From assembly GCA_012295275.1 (NCBI GenBank), contig CM022679.1:9052001-9116000 (forward strand): 64,000 nt of DNA. The letters run 5' to 3'. The position numbers and the translations under genes were made by a program. The notes under the pieces were generated by a model. The model had not been told where the DNA came from, did not search any database, and saw nothing but the letters and a program-made list of their open reading frames with translations. Positions 52,445 through 64,000 of the stretch are shown here, piece by piece (positions within the stretch are counted from its first letter, which is position 1; every line of letters starts with the position of its first letter). The stretch is from Chrysomallon squamiferum. Taxonomy: Eukaryota; Animalia; Mollusca.

Positions 52445-55400
52445 ATGAGTTTCCTTTTGTAAGTGTTTTTACTTGGCATATTTTTTAATGTCCACTTCCT
52501 GAACTTTGGAATCTTTGATCAATAAAATAAATTTCAATTATTGAGAATTTGCACAATAAATTTATTTAATTTATATTTAGTCACGTAATATATTTGATCA
52601 CTCGGTCATTATAGAGTGTCACATTTGCATTTGAATATGACCTGTTGATAAAAAGATTGTTTTTGTTTAAGTTTTGTCACTGTTGACATTTAATTTGTTA
52701 GATGTGACAGTAAGTTGAGTAACAGTGAAGCAGTTAAAACGATAATAATGTCTCCAGAGAGTATTTTTATATAGACTGACTACCAAAAATTGGGCATTTA
52801 AGAGCTAAGGTATAAATAAAGAAGGCATTTCTGTATGTTGTTCATAATAGTAATACTGTGCAAACTTTGTAACTTCTAAATTGCCAACATAAATCAAAAC
52901 ATTTAATTATTTTCAGTCATATTAATAATTAAACAAATATCATATCTAAATACTTCATGTAAAAAAATATGGTAATCATAGTGACTATTACGATAAAGGC
53001 AAAAAAGTGATAATAAAAATGACTATTATTATGACTTTTTTGCCTTTATCGTTTCGCTTATCAGAAAATATATGTTTTCATTAAATATCATTATTTTTGC
53101 CTTTCATTAATACTGAAAATATATTTCATTTGAACTGGTAGATTTTAAAAAGATTTTTACACAAAGATAGCCAGAAAAGAGAACTTTATTATTGTTGTTT
53201 TTGTTGTTGTTTTATTGTGACCCATAAGATTCCAAGATGTTCAAAAGCAATTACTTCATGCTGTTGCTGTAAAATAGTTTTCATGAGAAACGTCTTTAAG
53301 TACTTTCAAGTATTAACCAAAATATGTTGCTGCTTGAAAATTTTCAAGAAAGTCATACAATAGTCAGTTCATATATGATCTAAATGTGATGTGTAACTTT
53401 GCTAATGTGATATATTTAAATATTATATATTACCACTAATAAAAACTAATATTTTGTGATTTTCCATTATTGACCTTAATTATTTTGTCAGTAGTCATTA
53501 GGTTTTACATAATTTTTGTATATGTACAGTTGATAAAATCATAAATATATAAATGGAATATGCTTGGTTTTAGGATTCTAAGTACATGGAGGGTTATTTA
53601 GGTATTAACTAAAATTGTTCTTTAATAAAGCCCACATCAAATGACTACATTATTAAGTGGATGTAGAAGTGGTTGCTTTACATGAAATATTTGTACAGAC
53701 AGTACTGTATTTTGGGGCTGCTTTTTTTTTTTTTAGATAAGACCATTCTTAAAAACAGGAAGTGGAATGTAAATGTTTAAATTTCCTACCAGTAACAGAC
53801 ATATAATAGTATATATACATGTAATCAATTTTCCCCAATTTCAGCAGATAGCTGACAGTTACAATCTTTTGTTGAAAACTGAGCTTTTACATGTAACAGA
53901 TACTTACAATATTTAATTATTATTATTGTTTTAAATTTTTATTTCAACTTTTAAAGTGGAAGTAGAAACAACAAGACATTCAAACCAAAAAAGAACATTC
54001 CAGAAGGCACACACCAGTATGACTTGATGAAACATGCTGCAGTCACTCTAGGCAGTGGCAATCTTAGACTGGCTGTAATGCTTCCAGAAGGGGAAGACCT
54101 TAATGAATGGGTTGCTGTCAATAGTAAGTAAATGATCGTCACAAAAATACATTTTAAAAATAATTTTGACTTAACAGTAGGTGTTAAACTTAGTAGGATT
54201 TTATTTTTGAAATAGGTTGTCATGGATTAAATGGTAACTTCCTTAGAAATTAAATCAGAAATATTGTCACTGATTATCATTAAAATATGAACAGTGAATA
54301 ATTAATCAAATTTAGTAACAATTTTGTTTAAAAAATGTTGGGTCATTCTGTAAATGTTGGCCAAAAGACGCCAATTAGACATGTTTTGTTTGGTGATTAT
54401 TTTGTTTGGGTTTTATGGAAACTAACTTAAGATCAAGTGTGGAGGTAAGAATGTCTCTGCAGACTGATTTTGGTTAGGTGGCAGATTGCAGATGTTTTGT
54501 TAGACAATAGCCTTTCTCAGGTAATATACCTCCATTCTCGGGAAAGTTTTGTTAAAAATTGAGGGGAGGAGTTGGTTGATGCCACCCAATAAGTTAAAAT
54601 GATCCTGAAGTAAAAACCAAAAAACTAGTAAATAGTGACATTATATGATTTGCCTGCTTCTACATTAAAAATATTTTTTCTTCTTCAATTTCAGCTGTTG
54701 ATTTCTTTAATCAGATCAACATGCTGTATGGAACGATAACCGAGTTTTGTTCCGAAGAAACTTGTCCAGTCATGTCTGCAGGACCAAAATACGAATACCA
54801 CTGGGCAGACGGACAGACAATTAAGAAACCTATAAAGTGTTCAGCACCAAAATACATCGACTACCTAATGACGTGGGTACAGGACCAGCTTGACGACGAA
54901 ACACTCTTTCCATCCAAAATAGGTGACGATTGCTTTTATATTTGTCCACTGTCAACATATTTATCGTTAAGTTCGTACTTTGATTATTGTCCATTATTAT
55001 ATGTTCATAAAATTTGATCACATTTTAAAGGCATTTTTATTTTTAATTATCAGAAAAAATATCATTTAGAAAATGAAATAATAAAAAGACAAACTGGAAA
55101 AAAAAATGTACCAGTACTTACAATTTTATGGGTTATTATAGTAATTTTTGTTTTTATAAGACGGGCACTACTGTCACTTAACAGTGTATGTTAACTCGTG
55201 CAAATACTGTTTTCATTTCTAGGTGTACCTTTTCCAAAGAATTTCTTATCCATTGCAAAAACAATTCTGAAGCGTTTGTTCCGAGTGTATGCCCACATAT
55301 ATCATCAGCATTTCAAAGAAGTGGTCCAACTGAGTGAAGAGGCACATCTTAACACTTCCTTCAAACACTTCATTTTCTTTGTCCTCGAGTTCACCTTGAT

Positions 55401-55470
55401 AGATCGGAAGGAGCTGGCACCCCTGCAGGAGCTCATAGATAAACTCACAGATCGAGCAATGGCAAAATGA
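52445..55470 (+). CDS. MOB1: MOB kinase activator 1 (Hippo pathway, mats ortholog), 218 aa
   Basis: Exons 52445-52458, 53957-54123, 54695-54922, 55223-55470 total 657 nt. Protein MSFLFGSRNNKTFKPKKNIPEGTHQYDLMKHA...[28 protein letters not shown]...KRLFRVYAHIYHQHF. Confidence 0.97.
52990..53052. other. 63-nt near-perfect intronic hairpin
   Basis: 52990-53016 is the reverse complement of 53026-53052 with one mismatch; 9-nt loop. Confidence 0.85.
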
Positions 55471-58400
55471 TTGATAACTTGCCGGAAAATGCTTTTTATT
55501 GTGGGGAAGCTTATTTGAATTTTAATTTTTATTTAACTAATTTTTATTTTATTTTATTTTTGTCAAAAATAAGAGGACTATTGACACAGTAGAATGTTTT
55601 TAAACATAAAATCAGAAACTAAATCCCAAACTATTTTTAGGAAAATACTTTTTTTTTTTTCTCCTAGATAATGAAATCGATTAGTGAGTACCTGTTGTAA
55701 CTGTAATTATGTTCTTTAAGAAAATAGTTAGTAGAATATTTTGACAAACAACACATGAATCTCAAACCAGTTCAGTAATTGTCATCTTGAATTAGTCCTT
55801 TAGCTATTTTCTTTTCAGTATATATTTATTAAGACTTGGAAGCACACAAAACAGAGTTTTTAATTTTTTTATTATTATTATTCAAATTTTTATATTTATT
55901 CATAATGTTAATTCTTTATTTTTGGGAAAGTGATGGTATATTCTTGGACTGTTTTTTTTTTTTTTTTTTCAAATACCCAATTTTAATTCATTCATACAAA
56001 AATAAAAATAATGTCAATTCTTTTATTTTTGGGGAAAGTGGTAGTTTTATTGGGCTGTTTTTTTCTTTCTTTTGTTTATATTTTATTCCACAAATTTATA
56101 GTATAAATAAACAATTTTTAATATTGAATTAATTTCCTATGCCAGTCTATGCATGCTGATTGCTAGAGCACATTTTAAACATGCCTATACTAGTCTTGTC
56201 TCCAGTTGCAACATGTAGAAGTTTTTGTTTTTTTTCTTTGTTTTATTTATGTATTTCTAGTCGATAATGTATCCATTTGTTTAATTTATTCACCTCATGT
56301 CCTTCCTTACAAAGATAAAAGTTTTCATTTCATTTGTTAATTTGATACCAGTGATGAAATCACTTGGTAGGATAAATTGTTAAATCAATTATGTGATAGT
56401 ACCTATGATTGTCTGTAGTGATGGACAAATACATAATAATAATAGTTAAATTTAAAAGAAATGTATATATTCGTATAAATTTTTGTTTTAATTTTGATTT
56501 TCCTTTTTAATTTTTAATAATAATGATAAAAACAAGAATCTATTTCTGAATAGTGACTGTACACACATTGGGTTAATTGTCTAATACATTTACCAAATTA
56601 ACTGCAATGTATAGTTTGTAAAATTCACAGAAACCACACTATTATATGAATTATTAATAATATGATTTTTAATATCATTTTAAATGTATTTTTTTTTTTT
56701 TTTTTTTTTTGTTAGTGGTTTATTATCCCTTTTGTTAATAAACACAGAATTACATATGCTTTTTGCTATTCTTTTGGAGTGTACTTAAATTGTAAAAATA
56801 AAAATGGTTTTGGTGATTTTGATTTTTAAACTTATGCATGGAACAGTAGAAGAAGCTTTTAAAGCACATTTTTGTACATAAATTAATTCACTGTATAGTT
56901 CACAAAATGGGTCCATATGTTTCATTGTTGATGACAATGGTTATATTGTATATTTTTCAGGTTTCTTTTATTTACTGTTATTATTAATTTATTTTATTTT
57001 ATTTTTATCCCTTATGTCCCAGCTGTTGATGTTTTTATTCAAACTCAGATGTATTCTTTCTATGCAAATTTCAACTGTAACACATGTCATTGAAGAAATA
57101 CAGATGAATATTTATCTTCCGTCCTGGAAAGAGTATATAAAAAAAAAAAAAAAATTCTCTGTGCAGAATTTGTGTGTTTCTGTGTTTAAGTTACAAGGCT
57201 CTTAATGATATTTTACAGTGTCTTACTGATTTTTAATTTAATTTTTTTTCAGTTTCAGACAGGTGATTGAAATGTTGCACCCTTTATTTAAAATGTCATG
57301 TTTCTCAGATAATAAGAAACGAGAATTAAAATAAATATAAATTCACGTCATTGTATTGTGTTAGAGTATGACACATTCTTTTACATTATGGCTTAATGTG
57401 ATCGTTGAGCCCCAGACCTCATGATAAGATGCAATATTGTTCTGAAATATAAACTAAAATATGTTGCAAATAAAACATTTTCCATGTATTGCAAATAGTG
57501 GAATATAAAACAATATATAACCATTTAAAAGTAGGAAGCAGTTTTTCTGTCACTCTGTAGCAAGTTATAATCCATCTGGTTTTGGAATTTGAAAGAAAAA
57601 TAGTTACCAATATTTTATTTTTTGTCTTCCTCTATTCTTGGATATAAATGATCTGTAATCATACCTCATTCCATTGGTTACAAAGTTTTTGAATGTTCAT
57701 TGCAGAGTAAAATCTAGCTAATAAAAAGAAAAATAGTATTTTTTAAATTAAACTATTTTTTATGTTTTATTGTAATTCATTATTTAATTATTTTTATTTA
57801 ATAAAAAAGAAAAACTTCTATTATTATTTATTTTATTATTTTTTCTTCTTTTATGTAAAGTACCTCCTTTATACTTATACCTCTATTTTTATTTCTGTTG
57901 GTTTTATTATTTAGTGCTATTTTATTTAACTGTTTGTGTTTATTGCCACATTGCCAAAACGATGTTCAAATTATATTGGTTATTTATGGTTCAGTGTTAT
58001 TTTTTAGAAAATTAAGGCCTGAGATTTTGTTTAATAGTTATTAAAAAGTTTAGAATCAATGTGAAGTTGGGATATTACCCAGTCTTAGTTACAAGATTTG
58101 GTGAAGATTTAAATTAATATTTTAGCCAGGTTAGAAGACCAGAGAAATGTTAATCATATTAGGATAAACATTTTTCTTCTTTTTTTAAAATCTGCACTTG
58201 CAAATAAAAGCACATTTACACATGATCATATATATATATATAAAACAGCAATAAATACTGTGTGTCGCCTTTTAGTGCACAGTGATATCAATTTTTTTTT
58301 TTTTTTTTATAATATTTTCTTTCTTTTCATGGTGTGTAGTAAATGTAATGTTAGTGAACTTATGTTATCATAATGGATGAATTTTTCATTACACCATATT

Positions 58401-60133
58401 TAAACCACTTAACTTCTCACTTTGTGTTGCCAGTGTTGAAGCTGTAAATTTGAGTATCTGCATTTAAGCACTTGATAAATTCAGACAAAAGTTGGCAGAC
58501 TTTATTTCCATCTCTTTTGTTATCAGCTCGTGAAGAGCTGATTCTTATTTATATTTACATTATATATATATATTTTTTTTTCTTTTTTCACTTTGACTTT
58601 TTTTTTCAAGAATGATTTTCTGAAGAAAGATACAAACACCTAAAAATTAATATCAAATGAAAAAATAAATTAACCACTATTTGTTAATGATAGCTTGTAA
58701 CTAAATGTTTTATTGTAAATTTATTTACATCAGAAGACATGCATAGGGTAATTTGTTGTTATTTGATGTGCTTTTCTGTATTGTATTTCATGTTGCTTTC
58801 TTTTTTTACTTCTTCTTTAATTATTTATTTATTTTTTATTGTTGAAAAAAAAAAAAAAATTATTTGAATAGACATTCCTTTCGTTTTGGATATGTCTGGG
58901 CAATATTTTAATTGTATTTGTGGTACTTGCCTGCTGAACATATTGCTTGCTAGCAAATAATTTTTGCATGCATATGAGTGGTTTTTGTAATTATAGTTTA
59001 AAATAAGATATTTTTTGCTAAAAAAAACAAACAATGGGTTTATGAGGCTTTCATGCTTTTCTTTTTATTATTATTATATATTTTTAAAAATGTCTTTCTG
59101 TTATTTTTTATTTTTTATTTTTCTTGCATTGTGAAACCCCAGAAAATATATTTTCACTTCTGGCTGTTCCTGTGTTATGCACCAAATTGTCAGCAGTTCT
59201 CCATTCGCAATCAATCATGTTATATTTTCAGAGCCTTTGTAATACACCTGAAAATGGTATTTCAGTTTCATTTTTTTGTTTATTTTCATTTTTGTGTTTA
59301 ATTTGATAACAAATTATGTTAAACAACAAAAATCCTTTCAACAGCAATTGCAGAATCCGTTAATTGCTATTTTATTAAAATTAATTTGATGATTCTCAAA
59401 ATGTTTTAACAGCTATTGTGCAGACTGTGAAAGGAAACAAGTGTATACATTTTTTAAATGTTGCCTTTGTCCAGGATTTATCATAGATGAATCTTGTAAG
59501 TGGCCTAAATCATATCACTTACTCAAGGTGCTTTCTGACTATCCATCCTCTCTTTCTTGTATATATATATACACACACATTATATATTAAAAATATGAAC
59601 TGTTTTATCGCGCTGTATATTATATAAATGTAGCCTATCCAGGAGTAGATTGCCTGGGCTGTACATTGTGTATAAAACATTGCATAAGTAGCCAATATCT
59701 TTTGTATAAAAATGTACCTCAGATATATGTGTTGTTTCTTTTTTTTTTACTGGTTCTTTTATTTTTGTTTCACATACATAAAGCACCTGCAGACAAAAAC
59801 TTCAGATTTTTGTTGTTTGCTGACAATTTAAATTTTATATATATATATATATATATATTATATAAACAACATACACACACGCGTACATACGTATAGACAT
59901 GCTCATACATGTAGAGATACAGAATGTGTATATAATGTTAGAGTTTGGCAGGTGATAACTGATAAGCCAGTGAGAAAATAAAAACCAATGCCGAAGTTCT
60001 CATATTTAGGTCAATTCTGATAAAACGTGAAAGTTAAAATAATCTGTGGACTTTTTTTTTTTTTTAATCATTTTTTCAGTTCTATTTTTTCTCATTTTGT
60101 TTGGTTATTTTTAACTCCTGTTATTCAACCCCT

Positions 60134-60170
<37 letters not shown>

Positions 60171-60361
60171 CACTCGTTTAAAATAAAAAAACAAGAAAAA
60201 AAAAAAAAAAAAAAAAAAAAAACAACAGCGGAGCAAGTTAATCAAATGGTAGTAGAAAAAAAAAAAAAAAATTATAAAAAAAACTTTGTGACTTAATAGA
60301 TTGCCAGAAACATTTTCCCACTGTCAGATTATATTCTTGATTGATTGGTCGTGTTTCAGGC

Positions 60362-63300
60362 ATGTCGGCTGTTGTTTTTTGTTTCTTGTTACTTAATGTT
60401 GTGCACTTGCCAGATTTACTAGGATATAAAATCGAACCGAGAAATCTTAATGTTGATCCTGAAGTTTATATGAATGCTGTATGTATTTAATTTTTGTAAA
60501 CTTGCGGTAGAGATATATTTTACAATAATTCGGTAAAGAATGGTGATTATTTCTAACGAATATAAAAATGTATGTATATATACGTATGCATGAGTGTACG
60601 TGTGTTTGTTTAAGTTTATTTCCTTCTGTTATAAGCAAAGAGTGAAAAAAAATATATAATAATAAAATTTTGTTATGAGAGATCGATTCATCATAATATT
60701 TAGTTTTTTAATTTTAATTTTAATATCCTTTTTTTTTTTCTTCTTTTATAAAAACTATTATTTATTTATTTAATATAGCACACAATTATGAACATATACA
60801 TGCACAAAGGTAAATAAAAATTTAGAAGGTTTGTCCATGCATAATGTAAACTAACACGTTTTTCAGACTGAACTAATAACTAGTAAGGGTTACCCGTGTG
60901 AAAATCACTACGTTGAAACTGAAGATGGATTTATTCTCAACATGCAGAGAATACCACGTGGCAGAACAGAATCGAATGACGAAGGTTTGTCTAATAATAA
61001 TAACAGTGCCGCTTTCATTATTAGCGTCGACTTCATTTGTTTTTGGTTTTAGAAAACTTTTTTCAGTTTTATTTTTTTTTATTTTCACACGTTTCAACAA
61101 AATGCAAATAATAATTACAATTACATGAAAATACAGATGTTTTAATTACGCACGCTGTTTAGAATGGGATTTCACAGAACCGTATCATCCTTTGGAAATA
61201 AACATTAACAAAGCAGTGAATAAGGCTTAAATCAAACGTTAAATATTCATCTCTTACAGCTGACAAACCAGTCGTTATGTTACAACATGGACTGTTGGGA
61301 AGTTCCACTAATTTTCTTGACAATCCAGCAAATGAAAGTCTCGCATACATACTAGCTGATTACGGAGCCGATGTTTGGCTGGGCAATGTACGTGGAAATC
61401 AATATTCCAGAGCTCATAAACACCTAAAACCTTCAGATGAGAAGTTTTGGGCTTGGAGGTAATTATAACAACCCTTTATTTATTCAAAAAAAAAAATTAG
61501 AAAAGCCATACAAAAGTAGAATGAAGTCACTTCCAGACATCCACTTCGTCGATGTTTGAAACTATAAACTAAACTAACTTTGATAACTCTTAAAATTTAA
61601 AAATATATCTAGGTTATTTTTGTCTCAACACAGAATTGTTTTATAATTCATTAACATGACTAGTAAATGAACTTCAGGTAGAATAAGGTGTTGAAAAAAT
61701 AACAACTATAGTAATGTTACTAAAATCATGAAGAAAACAGCCAATGGGTTTAAAAAAACTAACCGTTTTAAAATAGAAGCTAATAAAACTGATCGGCTGC
61801 GTCACTTGATTTTTGTTATTTAAGAAGCTGACATTTGACCCCGACTGGGCTTCTTGGCCCAACCTACCCTGAGACACTATATCATTATTATTATAAAATG
61901 ATTACTTCTATATTAACAAAACCATATTAAGTCTATAACAAAAATCTTGTTAAATAAATGCCACGCGAGAACTTAATAAGTCTACGAAACCGAAAATAAT
62001 GAATTCATTTAGACTGAATTTTCAGTCAAATAACTGACTAATTTATTCCTAATTTTCCTTGTTTCAGCTATGATGAGATGGCCAAGTACGATCTCCCAGC
62101 TATGGTGGAGCATATTTTGTCCGTCACTGGAAAACAACAAATATATTACGTGGGACATTCTCAGGGAACGCTGATGGGATTTGCAGGCTTCGGTGAAAAC
62201 AAAATATTGGGATCTAAAATAAAACTGTTCATCGCCCTTGCTCCTGTTGCAACTGTCGGACACATCGAAAGCCCAGTGAAATATTTAGCCCCTTACGCGA
62301 AATACCTCGATGTAAGTTGTTTGAAATGAAGCAAAAGTATTTTTGGGGAAAAAACAAAACAACAACAACAACAACAATATTCTGAGGCGTATCATCAGCT
62401 TTTGAGAATTTATTTTGCTTTTAAACTTCAAAATATCGAGTCATATGTTGTTGTTTTTTTTTTTTTTTCTCAGAAATAACAGTATAAATAAACACTTATA
62501 TATATGCATAACTGCAAAATATTACAGAAAGAGTTTAAAATTTATTTATCCGTTGTTTTATGCTATCTGAATAAAGTTAAATTGTAGCCTTGTTTGATAA
62601 TAACATTAAAAAAAAAAAAAAAAAAAACGCCAAAGCAATCTGTCCCATTATGTATATAGACAGACAACTGATAAGAAGTTACATATGAAATGTCAAATAC
62701 TGATAATATATTATATCTGAATATTTTAAGCATTATTATATATTTTTTTTTTTTTAAATTTAGTTACATTTAAATATATGTATATAAAATATTATCAGTA
62801 CATTTATGTAAGTAGTATTATTTTAATGTTGTAGTGTTATTTTAATGTTGGTGTGTATTTATTTATTTATCCAGCTGTTTGCTGAACTCTTTGGTAAAAA
62901 TGAATTTTTGCCTCATGGAAAACTGTCATCTTTCTTTAGTACTGAGTTTTGCGACAGAATAGGACTTGAAGTGATTTGTGAAAATGTGTTTTTCTTACTG
63001 GGCGGTTTTAATAAAAACGCTATGAATATTGTAAGTCCTTCTATTCTTCACTAAAAAAATATATTTGATACGTAAGCAGCCATAGTTAGACCCCTGCGCA
63101 CGCAAACACATTCAGACATAAACATATACAAAGATACACGTGCACAGGTTAAAACATTTAACTACATAAAAGTCATAAGTAATATGAAAGCAGCATATCT
63201 TTCTATACAGCATTTTAATAATTATTTGGACTACTCTATGGAAGGATTTCTGTTACACATATTTTGTTTTTAGAAATATTATCAAAAATTGTTTCTGTGA

Positions 63301-63762
63301 TCATTTCACAGCTTAAAAGTTAGAGAATATGATTCGAAATGACCTCTAGCGAACTACGAAGAAGAATCTTATGTAAAAATATACTTTGTTATAGTCTTCG
63401 ATTATTGATAATGCTGAATTAAATTCATTATTAGCGTCATGTTTTTTTGTTTTTTTTCATTTTTTTTTTTTCATCGTAATCTTCATTATTTTCAGAGTCG
63501 AATTCAGGTCTACGTGGCCCACAATCCTGCCGGAACTTCCGTTCAGAACATGGAACACTTTGCGCAGGTAATATAATAAATTAATTATCACTAATCTAAT
63601 CAGGTTATTAACAAAACTGCAATCATTTTTTTATTATTTATTTATTTATTTATTTTATTTTTTTTTTTTTTTTTTTTTTTCTGGCTGCAGGGAGTTAATC
63701 ATGATAAATTTCAAATGTTTGACTATGGAACGGAGGATGCCAACATGGCGCATTATGGTCAG
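60362..63762 (+). CDS. lysosomal acid / gastric lipase family (AB hydrolase); continues beyond the window
   Basis: Exons 60362-60478, 60867-60984, 61260-61458, 62068-62311, 62875-63030, 63496-63567, 63691-63762 are phase-consistent. Hydrophobic N-terminus, VDPEVYMN, TEDGFIL, LQHGLL, DVWLGNVRGN, catalytic GHSQG, PAGTSVQN, FDYG. LIPA versus LIPF-like cannot be resolved. Confidence 0.93.
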
Positions 63763-63803
<41 letters not shown>

Positions 63804-64000
63804 TAAATTAATTTAATATCATTAACTTAGTATTAATCTGTTTGTTAATTTATTTGTTTATTTATTTATATTGTTTATTATTTTATATTATTTGATTGGC
63901 TGTTAAAAGATATCTTCTTGAAATAATTTATTTGTGTTATATTGTTTTCATATAATATTTATACGATTAATATTAATCCTTTTTATATAAAACGCAGTTC

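Noticed and set aside
56345-56369. Small hairpin taccagtgat-gaa-atcacttggta in the MOB1 3' region
   Set aside because: Too short to exceed chance expectation; no partner motif
236-63762. U12-type or AT-AC introns, selenocysteine or stop-codon readthrough, tRNA/rRNA/snoRNA genes
   Set aside because: All junctions I traced are GT-AG without RTATCCTT, no in-frame TGA was needed, and no RNA gene was recognisable by eye; a covariance-model search was not run

Overview
AT-rich, intron-rich, microsatellite-laden eukaryotic DNA from an invertebrate animal, probably a lophotrochozoan such as a mollusc (inferred, not proven). The ORF track is mostly uninformative, so genes were rebuilt by hand from GT-AG junctions and reading phase. 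Five protein-coding genes are present: (1) a 5'-truncated ZZEF1 ortholog (+, 236-32621); (2) an uncharacterised 268-aa, 9-exon gene (+, 39580-43625) whose C-terminus resembles plant ASCH-protein C-termini and bacterial toxin RNase-like tips; (3) hnRNP F/H (-, 45264-50966); (4) MOB1 (+, 52445-55470), head-to-head with hnRNP F/H; (5) a 3'-truncated LIPA/LIPF-family lipase (+, from 60362). The most notable non-genic structure is: repeated tandem 'echo' copies of real splice junctions in ZZEF1 introns; an old ~0.8-0.95 kb inverted duplication (35055-37836) that preserves small ORFs and a CRE-IRF-CRE motif block; a G-run-flanked 139-nt frameshifting exon with a candidate poison exon and a 33-nt microexon in hnRNP F/H; a TA-flanked MITE; and a 63-nt intronic hairpin.
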